20,000 nt of DNA from an uncultured virus (IMG/VR IMGVR_UViG_3300026518_000010) (Duplodnaviria > Heunggongvirae > Uroviricota > Caudoviricetes), in the IMG/VR virus record IMGVR_UViG_3300026518_000010; one strand, given 5' to 3'. Both the position numbers and the translations under genes were made by a program. The notes below the pieces were generated by a model. That model had not been told where the DNA came from. It ran no database searches and worked only from the letters and a program-made list of their open reading frames with translations. The first letter of the stretch is position 1, and each line of letters begins with the position of its first letter. Positions 10,254-18,091 of this stretch are shown piece by piece.

Positions 10254-11126
10254 AAAAAACTTAGGTGCAGTAACATCCCCATTTACATATTCGTAAATAA
10301 CAGATAATAGATAAGTTCCTTCTGGATTCTTAAATACTTCTTTAGGAATATCGAATATAAATTTATCTTCTTTAGTATTGTATACTGTTATAGGTTCTCC
10401 TGCTCCAACCATTTTTAATTCTACATAAACATTTTTAATATCATCAACTGGATTAAGCTTAACAACCATGCCATTATGTGTAGCATCGTCTACTTCTAAT
10501 TTAGAAATAACTTTAGCTACATTATTACCAGGAACATATATTAATTTTTGTCCTAATGGTGAAATATCTCCAGATGTAGATTTATGAGAAGCTTTAATTA
10601 AATAGAAATTATCGCTAGGTAATTCTATAGCTGAAACTAAATGATTAACTAAATCATCAGTATTATCTAAACTACTATATAAAATATTTCCATTTAGGTC
10701 ACTAATGAAATAATCTGTAGATTCGTGTCTACTATTACTATTAGTAGATAATGGAGAAGTTTTTATAGTAAACATAGTAGAAGGTACCTCAGTAATTGGA
10801 AAGTCAATATTAATTTCAGGTTTAGCTATAACGCTAGGTATATCCATATCTAAGTCTATTTTATCTAAATCTTCAGTTCTCATAATGTCTATATCAGACC
10901 AATCAGATGGACCAGTATTCATAATAACTCTGGCTCTAGCATAATAAACTTTATCAGGATCCAACGTTATATCAAATAGAATACTAGTTAAATGTTTTTT
11001 ATCATTTCTAGATTCTTTAACAATAGAACCTTTTCTAAAATATTTATCTGTTGCTATTTGCCAGTCAGAAGAATCGTGTGTAAATCCTTCAGGTATATCT
11101 AAATTTTTGAACATTAACACTATCAT
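10236..11126 (-). CDS. Putative virion structural protein with repeated Ig/FN3-like modules
   Basis: Two copies of an H-x-S(S/T)D(W/Y)-x-I...S..D...L module (HDSSDWQIATD; HESTDYFISD) and YYARARV, as seen in phiKZ-like virion proteins. Confidence 0.65.
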   Translation of the reverse strand: MIVLMFKNLDIPEGFTHDSSDWQIATDKYFRKGSIVKESRNDKKHLTSILFDITLDPDKVYYARARVIMNTGPSDWSDIDIMRTEDLDKIDLDMDIPSVIAKPEINIDFPITEVPSTMFTIKTSPLSTNSNSRHESTDYFISDLNGNILYSSLDNTDDLVNHLVSAIELPSDNFYLIKASHKSTSGDISPLGQKLIYVPGNNVAKVISKLEVDDATHNGMVVKLNPVDDIKNVYVELKMVGAGEPITVYNTKEDKFIFDIPKEVFKNPEGTYLLSVIYEYVNGDVTAPKFFKVLAS

Positions 11127-11129
11127 TAA

Positions 11130-11783
11130 TTACTCCTTTATTTTAGTTAGAATTTGCATACTAGTTTTAAAACCAGTAAGTCCGTTTTTCAAATCTAATT
11201 TTTTCATAGATTCTTCATCAATAGTTAGTTTAATTTTACCATCAGCTAATTTAGGACTAACCATACATTTTATAACAATTCTTCCTAAATCATCATAACT
11301 ATATATTGGAACCATAAAATCTAATATATCTATAATTTCATATCCAATATCTATCTCACCGTCAATACCTATATCAATATCTTTTACTGTAATAGGTATT
11401 TTAATCCTAGAAATAATATCATTTTTTACATCATTAAGTTTATTATTTAATTCGTCTTTTAATTTATCTATTACCCCTGACTTTATTAATATATCATTAA
11501 CTTTAGATTCTAAAATACTATCTGTTCCTGAAGTTAATTCGTCATATTTTTTTATTAGATTTAATAATTCATCTATTTTATTATTATCCATGCCGGATAA
11601 TGATTCTAATACCTTATTAAGGTCTTTAATGTTTAATGAATCTAATGTATTAATCTTTTCTTTTAAGCTATCTATAGTAAAAGATATGTCTTCCATAGCT
11701 ACTTGGAACTTTAAAGTGTCTAATTTTTTATTTAATTCCTCTTGGACTTTATGTATTTCTTCAAATATAACAACGCTTCCCAT
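11130..11783 (-). CDS. Hypothetical coiled-coil protein with beta-rich C-terminal domain (possible virion protein)
   Basis: 217 aa, AGGAG SD, heptad-rich N-terminal half, tightly coupled to its neighbours. Confidence 0.65.
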   Translation of the reverse strand: MGSVVIFEEIHKVQEELNKKLDTLKFQVAMEDISFTIDSLKEKINTLDSLNIKDLNKVLESLSGMDNNKIDELLNLIKKYDELTSGTDSILESKVNDILIKSGVIDKLKDELNNKLNDVKNDIISRIKIPITVKDIDIGIDGEIDIGYEIIDILDFMVPIYSYDDLGRIVIKCMVSPKLADGKIKLTIDEESMKKLDLKNGLTGFKTSMQILTKIKE

Positions 11784-11785
11784 AT

Positions 11786-12370
11786 CTATCTCCTATAATA
11801 CGTTAAATTTATTTTACCGTTATGATTTAAATCGCCAGTATAAAATTTACGCCCATAATAATATTCTACATCATCTAACATAACAATTGTACCATCGTCT
11901 TTTTTTAATATATAATCGCTATTTAAAAAATAAAATTTATTATCTATAAGTTTAAAATCATATTCTAATTCAAACATACCTTTTCTAACCTCTACTGTTT
12001 CTTTTACTAAATTACCAAAAACATTATCAACGGCATTTAAATTAATTTTACTATATAAGGTATTTATATTTGTCTGTATATCTACAATCTTCATAACCCT
12101 CTCATCTATTTCTTTTACTATATCTTTTCTCTGATTTAATTCATCTAACGTTTTAGCTAAATCTGGTTCATTATCTTTAATAAAATTAATTAGATTAAAA
12201 ACAGCTTTAGCATAAGTCATATCCATAAATTCACTTATAACTTTGGCTGCTTCATTTATACCTGCTTTCTCTCTAATTTTCTTACTTAATTCATCTATGG
12301 ATAAATTAGTATTTTTTAAATCTTTACATACAGCAGCTATATCTTCTGCTTTAAAATATAAATCAGCCAT
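11786..12370 (-). CDS. Hypothetical coiled-coil protein with beta-rich C-terminal domain (possible virion protein)
   Basis: 194 aa, AAGGAG SD, first gene of a three-gene operon. Confidence 0.65.
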   Translation of the reverse strand: MADLYFKAEDIAAVCKDLKNTNLSIDELSKKIREKAGINEAAKVISEFMDMTYAKAVFNLINFIKDNEPDLAKTLDELNQRKDIVKEIDERVMKIVDIQTNINTLYSKINLNAVDNVFGNLVKETVEVRKGMFELEYDFKLIDNKFYFLNSDYILKKDDGTIVMLDDVEYYYGRKFYTGDLNHNGKINLTYYRR

Positions 12371-12421
12371 TGGCTCTCCTTAATGCATTTTTATTCATTT
12401 GAAATCGAAAAAAAAAAGAAA

Positions 12422-12449
12422 TACACTAATCCTAGACAGGATTAGTGTA
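12422..12449 (-). terminator. Terminator overlapping the SF2 helicase stop codon
   Basis: TACACTAATCCT-agac-AGGATTAGTGTA followed by a long U-tract on the minus strand. Confidence 0.8.
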
Positions 12450-13946
12450 GTTTAAGTTCATTATGTTAATAACTCTATCCCTAAATATATTTAATCTATC
12501 TTTATGATAATTATTATGTTTAGAAATATTGTTAGCATACATATAAACAAATCTAACTCGTTTATCTTTTAATCTTCTAAGTCTACCTAAAGATTGAATA
12601 TTGGCTGTAGCTGATTTAATCATAACTGTTTGTACTACAGTAATCAAGTTAGGTATGTCTAAAGCAGTACCTGCTGAACCTAATGTAGATATGATAATAT
12701 CTGATTCTTCAATTACCTTATAATCATCCTCAGCAGTATACTTATTTATTTTAAGACCTTTTATTCTCTTTCTTAAATCATCTCTAATAATACTACACAT
12801 ATCTACTGTATAAGCAAATATTATACATTTATCTCCATCTTTCCTAAATTTAATATAAAATCCATTAGTTATAAAGTAAATTAGATTAAGATAATTTTTA
12901 AGAGTTGTTTTTCTTTTCTTAATTTTATCTTCAAATTTACCGTGATTATAACCAAATTGATTTTCTGCTCTTAAAGCTTTCACATTAGTAACCTGGTAAG
13001 ATATAGGATACAATTCTATATACTTCTCATATTCTATAATACCTGATAATCTATAATTATTAGGTAAAAAGTAATTTTGTATCTTTTGTTCATTTTTATT
13101 ATTACTAATAAGAGTAGCGGTTAAAGCTAACATAAATTTAGGGTCTAGTACAATAGTTAGATTAAATACATTATGAAACTCTTGATGCGTTTCATCAGAG
13201 ACTATAGTCTCTATTTTTATTCTTCTAATAAAATCTTTAGGAGAAATATCAAATTTAAATTCTTCAGTTATACTTAAATAATTATCTACATATCTTTTCA
13301 TAGTAGTTAACGAAAATATATAGCATTTATATTTATCTAATTCTTCTTTAGGGGCAGTAGATAAATATCTTATACTATCGCTTCCTTGTACTACATATAT
13401 TTCTTCCTTTTTAAGATTAGTATATTTTAATAAATCACCAATCCATTTTTCTATATATGTGGCTAATACAAGTAAGCCAAATTTCTTTTTTCTTCTAACT
13501 ACTGAAATAGATGCTATTAATGATTTACCATAACCTGTGTATAAATCGACTAAAATCCTAGGAGTTTTATTATTCACGATTGCTTTAATATATTCTTCTT
13601 GATAGTCTCTAGGTATAAATTTACTATCAATATTAACACCTAATAATGCATCTGCTTTATAATCTTTATTTTCTATAACATTTATTTTAAATATACTACT
13701 GTATATATTAATAAATTGTTTAAAATAAGTGTTTACAAATATTACTTTTTCATTTCTAAAGTCTATTGAAAAAAATGATTTTTCCAATTCGTAATTAGTT
13801 CTTTTGGTTACCGGATCCCTGTTTAACCTATAAAGAGAAAATTCTTTTATAGATTGTTTTATTTTATTAACCATATCTATAAAATCTATCTTCGCAGGAA
13901 CAACAGAGAAAGATTGGAAACCTTTCTCAATTTTAATTTCTTGCAT
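12432..13946 (-). CDS. SF2 (DExH) helicase, phiKZ gp75/UvsW-like
   Basis: Q motif PRDYQ, Walker A TGYGKS, motif II SDETH, motif III LTAT and motif VI QSLGRLR. It overlaps the end of the nvRNAP beta' gene as gp74-gp75 do. Confidence 0.9.
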   Translation of the reverse strand: MQEIKIEKGFQSFSVVPAKIDFIDMVNKIKQSIKEFSLYRLNRDPVTKRTNYELEKSFFSIDFRNEKVIFVNTYFKQFINIYSSIFKINVIENKDYKADALLGVNIDSKFIPRDYQEEYIKAIVNNKTPRILVDLYTGYGKSLIASISVVRRKKKFGLLVLATYIEKWIGDLLKYTNLKKEEIYVVQGSDSIRYLSTAPKEELDKYKCYIFSLTTMKRYVDNYLSITEEFKFDISPKDFIRRIKIETIVSDETHQEFHNVFNLTIVLDPKFMLALTATLISNNKNEQKIQNYFLPNNYRLSGIIEYEKYIELYPISYQVTNVKALRAENQFGYNHGKFEDKIKKRKTTLKNYLNLIYFITNGFYIKFRKDGDKCIIFAYTVDMCSIIRDDLRKRIKGLKINKYTAEDDYKVIEESDIIISTLGSAGTALDIPNLITVVQTVMIKSATANIQSLGRLRRLKDKRVRFVYMYANNISKHNNYHKDRLNIFRDRVINIMNLNYTNPV

Positions 13947-15975
13947 CTTTTATACCTTCATAAACTTTATTATAATAATCAACAACTTCATTAGGTTTAA
14001 ATAAAGCATCTAATGGATGGTCTATTTTATTCTTTGTCTCTAACATATAAGGGTTAAAGATTTTTTGTAATAATCTAGACCAACCGAAACTTCCACCTAT
14101 ACTTCTATAGTCAATAGCATATTTAAGACCTACTAAGTCTAAATATTTACTATTTCTACCTAAGTCAAAATTATTCTTATCTAAATCAAATACTGTAAAC
14201 CCATAAACCATCATTTCTATTTGTTTAATGTTTATGCTTAATTTAGTATTAAGTAAATCGAATATTTTTTGCACAAGTACTTCAGCTGTAAATTCAGAAG
14301 TTCTTCTACCTTCTTGTAAAACATATTTTCTTCTAAATGCTAACGACGCAAATTCTTTAGCTAATATGTTAAAGTCAAATTCTGATTTTTCATATTTTAG
14401 AATAGGTGTTTTTCTAACACTAATATCTGTTATATCTATTACATAGTTATCTTCTTCATCGATAGTATAACCGTGTTTCTTAATATAGAATAAGAATGGT
14501 AATGTAAAGAATCCTCCTCTATTCCCATTTTTAATTTTAATAGGATATTTTTCAGATTCTTCACCTTTCTTAATTTCTAATGTAAACCCTAGGATACGAG
14601 ATATTTTATTAATATTTACATTAAGTAAGTTAATAGTTTCTAATCCTCTTAATCCTAATACTTGCCATTGAGGTATATGTAATAATACTCTTGTTGTTTT
14701 CTTACCTACGAATTGAGGTTTAATATAAATTTTATCAGAACCTTTAACATTAAAGAATTCAGATGTTATTTTATCTAAATTAACTTCTGATGCCGCTGCT
14801 GATTTTAATAAGTGTTTTGTAGAAAGTAATGATTGAGAAATAACTTTAGTAATATTAGTACTATTAATATGTCCTAAGTTACTATGTTTAAATAACCCAT
14901 AAGTTAAATCTCCATAACAAGCACTACATACTTGTTTTTTGTTTCTAAGTTTACAATGTAAAACACTTCTTAATTTTATGCTAGTTCCCTCTAAATGTTT
15001 ATGGTCTGGTGTTATAACTTCCCATTCATTATTGCTGTTCATATATCTACTACCAATGAGATTTTTTAAATCACCTCCATAAGTAAGATTACCATTTTCG
15101 TCATATTCTTTACCTCTAACGAATATCTCCATATAATCTGTATTACCACAATCTGTATGTACTATTTCCTCTACAGGCATAGTAGCTAATTGAAATTCTC
15201 TAGCATATTGTTCAGATTTTCTAATAGCATTAGTACTCATAAATAATGCTTTAGCACCTGCTCTAGATTCTATCAATGCTTCATACATATTTTTAAATCC
15301 TAATGTAAAACTATTTACCATAGGATGTTTAAATATTCTACTATCAATCTCTGTTAAGAATCCTCTTGAACCAAATAACTGTCTAAGCTGGTTAATATTA
15401 ACCATACCAGACTGATAAACAAGAGTCATAATGTTATTTGCATATTTACCCTCTTTAATAATTCTATCAAGAGTTAAATAACTTTTTTCGATATTATCCT
15501 GTGTAGGCTCTTCGTTTACTTTTTTAACAGATTCTAATATTTCTTCATCTAACGCTATAGGTAAAATGTTAGATATCTCAATTCCAATATCATAATCTTG
15601 AATTATGTATACAAATTCATTTTGGAAATAGTTAATTGTTTTATACATATCTTTTAATATATATTTATATTCAGTATGTAAATTGTTAGGTTCTAAATAT
15701 TCTTTAATAATTCTATAGTAAAGTATAGAATATAATTTAAGATAAGTACCTGATGAAAAATAACCATTAGTGTAATAATTACTAATAAGTATATCTGGTA
15801 ATATTCTTATTTGCCAGTACGGTAAAAATTTTGTTAATAAAACAGATATAATAAGTTCTTTATGTGGTACTACCATTTTAGTACCATCTTCAAACTCTAT
15901 TTTTAAGTCTGTTTTTAATCTAATCAATTCTTCAAATTCTAAACTGTACACTGATCTAATTTTTACTGCTTTCAC
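13933..15975 (-). CDS. Non-virion RNA polymerase beta' subunit, C-terminal part (phiKZ gp74-like)
   Basis: GTG start with AAGGAG SD. QLFGSRGF, ESRAGAKAL (bridge helix region), Zn site DCG...RSVLHC...VCSACYG and trigger-loop-like SQSLLSTKH. Confidence 0.9.
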   Translation of the reverse strand: MKAVKIRSVYSLEFEELIRLKTDLKIEFEDGTKMVVPHKELIISVLLTKFLPYWQIRILPDILISNYYTNGYFSSGTYLKLYSILYYRIIKEYLEPNNLHTEYKYILKDMYKTINYFQNEFVYIIQDYDIGIEISNILPIALDEEILESVKKVNEEPTQDNIEKSYLTLDRIIKEGKYANNIMTLVYQSGMVNINQLRQLFGSRGFLTEIDSRIFKHPMVNSFTLGFKNMYEALIESRAGAKALFMSTNAIRKSEQYAREFQLATMPVEEIVHTDCGNTDYMEIFVRGKEYDENGNLTYGGDLKNLIGSRYMNSNNEWEVITPDHKHLEGTSIKLRSVLHCKLRNKKQVCSACYGDLTYGLFKHSNLGHINSTNITKVISQSLLSTKHLLKSAAASEVNLDKITSEFFNVKGSDKIYIKPQFVGKKTTRVLLHIPQWQVLGLRGLETINLLNVNINKISRILGFTLEIKKGEESEKYPIKIKNGNRGGFFTLPFLFYIKKHGYTIDEEDNYVIDITDISVRKTPILKYEKSEFDFNILAKEFASLAFRRKYVLQEGRRTSEFTAEVLVQKIFDLLNTKLSINIKQIEMMVYGFTVFDLDKNNFDLGRNSKYLDLVGLKYAIDYRSIGGSFGWSRLLQKIFNPYMLETKNKIDHPLDALFKPNEVVDYYNKVYEGIKDARN

Positions 15976-15990
15976 AATATCTCCTTTTTG

Positions 15991-16015
15991 TTTATTCTTG
16001 CATTTTAGAAATATA
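15991..16015 (-). promoter_or_regulatory. Putative phage early-type promoter of the nvRNAP beta'/helicase operon
   Basis: Minus strand TATATTTC-TAAAA-TG-CAAGAATAAA immediately upstream of the SD. Confidence 0.55.
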
Positions 16016-16053
16016 CCTATAAATTAAATTAGAAAAAAATAAAAAAAAATAAA

Positions 16054-16077
16054 TAACTGAGTTATTTAACTCAGTTA
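16054..16077 (-). terminator. Terminator overlapping the stop of the MazG-like paralog
   Basis: TAACTGAGTTA-tt-TAACTCAGTTA plus long U-tracts. Confidence 0.75.
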
Positions 16078-16349
16078 CTATTAAATTTATTGTACCATTT
16101 ATTTAGTTTATTTTTGATTACTTCTTTAAACTTTTTTTCATCATCTAAATTATGAAATAAACCATAATTTACTGATATAATATCTGCTACTTCTTCTATT
16201 ACTTTCTCTCCAGTACCTTCAGCTGATTTTAAAGCATTAATATCTTCTAAAACTCCTTGCGTTGCTTCTTCAATTTCTTCTAGTAATTCTGATACTTTTT
16301 CTTTTAATACATCAGCTACTGATGTAAATTTACCATCTTTATTTTCCAT
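16071..16349 (-). CDS. MazG-like NTP pyrophosphohydrolase paralog (diverged duplicate)
   Basis: EEIEE...KSAEG...IEEVAD. Clearly homologous to 16712..17020. Start placed at ATG 16349 behind an AAGGA SD. Confidence 0.7.
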   Translation of the reverse strand: MENKDGKFTSVADVLKEKVSELLEEIEEATQGVLEDINALKSAEGTGEKVIEEVADIISVNYGLFHNLDDEKKFKEVIKNKLNKWYNKFNSN

Positions 16350-16372
16350 TATTAATCCTTTATAATAATCCA

Positions 16373-16531
16373 TTACTTAGAAAAGTAATCGTTGAAATTT
16401 GTCTTATATTCTACTACTTCTCCATTACTTAATTTACAAGAAATCTTCTTATAACTATAATTATCTGTTTTTAATCTAATTAATTCTTCGAATTCCAGAC
16501 TGTACACTGTTCTAATTTTTATTGCTTTCAC
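16373..16531 (-). CDS. Chimeric 52-aa ORF: first ~23 codons of nvRNAP beta' fused in frame to the C-terminus of the 174-aa protein (possible pseudogene)
   Basis: GTG at 16531 with duplicated SD and promoter. Translation MKAIKIRTVYSLEFEELIRLKTD-NYSYKKISCKLSNGEVVEYKTNFNDYFSK*. CAA has become TAA relative to the parent. Confidence 0.65.
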   Translation of the reverse strand: MKAIKIRTVYSLEFEELIRLKTDNYSYKKISCKLSNGEVVEYKTNFNDYFSK

Positions 16532-16546
16532 AATGTCTCCTTTTTG

Positions 16547-16571
16547 TTTATTCTTGCATTTTAGAAATATA
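16547..16571 (-). promoter_or_regulatory. Duplicated copy of the putative early-type promoter
   Basis: Identical to 15991-16015. Confidence 0.55.
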
Positions 16572-16597
16572 TTAGTATATAAAATTAAAAAACAATA

Positions 16598-16627
16598 TAG
16601 TAGAGTAAGTATTAACTTACTCTACTA
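16598..16627 (-). terminator. Terminator after the MazG-like gene
   Basis: TAGTAGAGTAAGT-atta-ACTTACTCTACTA 13-bp stem with a U-rich tail. Confidence 0.75.
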
Positions 16628-16711
16628 CAACTTACCGTTTATATCCATTCTACTAAATATTAATTACTCTCATCTATACATAACTCTAAAAATTAGATTT
16701 TTTAATTATAA

Positions 16712-17020
16712 TCATTCTTTATTAAATTTATTATACCATTTATCAATTTTCTTTTGTAACGTTTCTTTAAATTCTTTTTCACCATCTAAGTGGTATATTA
16801 AATCATAAGCTACTAATATAACATCACTTACTTCTTCTATTATTTTTTCTCTACTACCCTCAGCTGATTTTGAAGCATTTTTACAATTAACATATTTTAG
16901 AACTTCTTGTGCTACTTCTCCAGTTTCTTCTGTTAATTTTAATGCTTTTTCTTCTATAGTAACTTTTAATTTCGATACTTCAGCTACTGTAGTAAACTTA
17001 TTATATTTAAATATTGCCAT
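16712..17020 (-). CDS. MazG-like nucleotide pyrophosphohydrolase (all-alpha NTP-PPase)
   Basis: KLTEETGEVAQEV...IIEEVSDV matches the EExGE...E-x-x-D motif. Start at ATG 17020 behind an AAGGA SD (the ORF track starts at 17044). Confidence 0.85.
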   Translation of the reverse strand: MAIFKYNKFTTVAEVSKLKVTIEEKALKLTEETGEVAQEVLKYVNCKNASKSAEGSREKIIEEVSDVILVAYDLIYHLDGEKEFKETLQKKIDKWYNKFNKE

Positions 17021-17022
17021 TT

Positions 17023-17547
17023 TTAATCCTTTACAATAATCCATTGTTTAGAAAAGTAATCATCAAAATTTGTTTTATATTCTACTACTTCTCCATTACT
17101 TAATTTACAAGAAATCTTCTTATAACTATAATTACCTGTTTTTAATTCGATCTTATCATTCTCGTCTAGATAAATATATTCAAAACTGTCATTTTCTTTA
17201 TTGGTTAATTTATAACCGTCTTTGATCAAATTTAAAGTTTCTGAAAATGTAAATTCTGAATCTAGTTCTTTGTAGTATCTATCTACGATTGGTTTAGGTA
17301 TAAATTTTACATACTGATTTCTATGGATTTTTTCTTTCTTTAGTGATTCTATGTCTAGTAATAAATTAACTAGATTATATCTCAATACTCCTACAATGTC
17401 ATTTGGTTTTGAATGTACAAGATATTCTATAGCGTCTTTCTCGATAAGTACATAATCACATAAGTTATTTATTTTTTCTAATTCCTCTTTTGTAACTTCT
17501 ACTACATCTTCAACTTTTTCGCATATGTATAATTTCTTTACTTCCAT
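17023..17547 (-). CDS. Hypothetical phage protein (174 aa)
   Basis: ORF with an AAGGA SD, translationally coupled to the MazG-like gene. C-terminal FTFSETL..IK.G.K.....D.FS..W module. Confidence 0.75.
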   Translation of the reverse strand: MEVKKLYICEKVEDVVEVTKEELEKINNLCDYVLIEKDAIEYLVHSKPNDIVGVLRYNLVNLLLDIESLKKEKIHRNQYVKFIPKPIVDRYYKELDSEFTFSETLNLIKDGYKLTNKENDSFEYIYLDENDKIELKTGNYSYKKISCKLSNGEVVEYKTNFDDYFSKQWIIVKD

Positions 17548-17777
17548 TTTCTGTTCCTTCTTTTGTCTACTCCTGGTGATTTAATAATTTATTTACTCTT
17601 TGCAATAAATAGCTTATTTTATAAAAAATATTCTAGACCCTAATTCTTAACCTTTGGTTCCATTTCACAAAACTTATCAATTACTCGGTATTTCCCTTGT
17701 TTTTCTTAATTTAATATTTTTTTTTATTTTTTATTATAGAGTGATTTATAGGAAGTATTAGTACCTTATATACACGC

Positions 17778-18025
17778 GATAAAATATATAGAAAGAGATA
17801 AAGAGTAAATAAAAGAAAAAAATAAAGAAAATAAGCACTAACATAAAGACTAATATATAAATCTTATATATATTATATTATATATTATTATATATATACT
17901 ACGTATATATATTATTATTATATTATACAATATACACAAAATTCACATATCACCCTCCATCCTAGTCCTCATTCTCTCTATTTCCTTCTCTCATCTTCTC
18001 TTCATCCCTCTCTATATATTTTATC
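17778..18025 (-). other. Giant strand-specific fold-back (122/123-nt arms, C-GTA-G loop)
   Basis: Manual alignment of 17778-17899 with the reverse complement of 17903-18025 gives 93 Watson-Crick pairs, 22 G-T/U wobbles (minus strand), 7 purine-purine mismatches and 1 bulge. Confidence 0.9.
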
Positions 18026-18091
18026 TATAAGTTGAGGATGCAACTTTGAAATATACGTTTATTTATAGAATTTTAAACTTATAGATAAAAT
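18018..18091. repeat. 16-bp perfect inverted repeat overlapping the base of the giant hairpin
   Basis: ATTTTATCTATAAGTT (18018-18033) pairs with AACTTATAGATAAAAT (18076-18091). Confidence 0.8.

Larger units (their letters stand above)
15909..17146. repeat. Diverged tandem duplication (units ~15909-16464 and ~16465-17135) bounded by 11-bp CTGTTTTTAAT
   Basis: CTGTTTTTAAT occurs at 15909, 16465 and 17136. 16465-16571 matches 15909-16015, and ~16350-16475 matches ~17021-17146. Two MazG-like paralogs are present. Confidence 0.9.

Noticed and set aside
4419..12420. Late promoter consensus (TGAA/TATG-like) upstream of structural genes
   Set aside because: Too short and degenerate to distinguish from the AT-rich background without start-site data.
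806..14446. Shadow ORFs in the track (806-1042, 2554-2880, 4148-4396, 4198-4413, 5776-6282, 7501-7722, 9808-10107, 11107-11298, 11590-11883, 14228-14446)
   Set aside because: They are antisense or alternate-frame ORFs overlapping well-supported genes, with no SD and compositions typical of reverse-complement frames.
691..15975. Introns or inteins in the RNAP and helicase genes, or stop-codon reassignment
   Set aside because: The ORFs are continuous and of expected length under the standard code. TAA, TAG and TGA all serve as gene ends, and no intein or homing-endonuclease motifs were seen.
16533..16808. Plus-strand 91-aa ORF
   Set aside because: It runs antisense across a promoter, a terminator and the MazG 3' end, and has no SD.
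17850..17935. Simple (TA)n microsatellite
   Set aside because: It is better explained as the apical part of the giant fold-back.
17778..18025. Diversity-generating retroelement TR/VR pair (adenine-biased differences)
   Set aside because: The repeats are inverted, adjacent and non-coding. Differences at adenines are almost only A/G rather than A>N, and there is no reverse transcriptase in the window.
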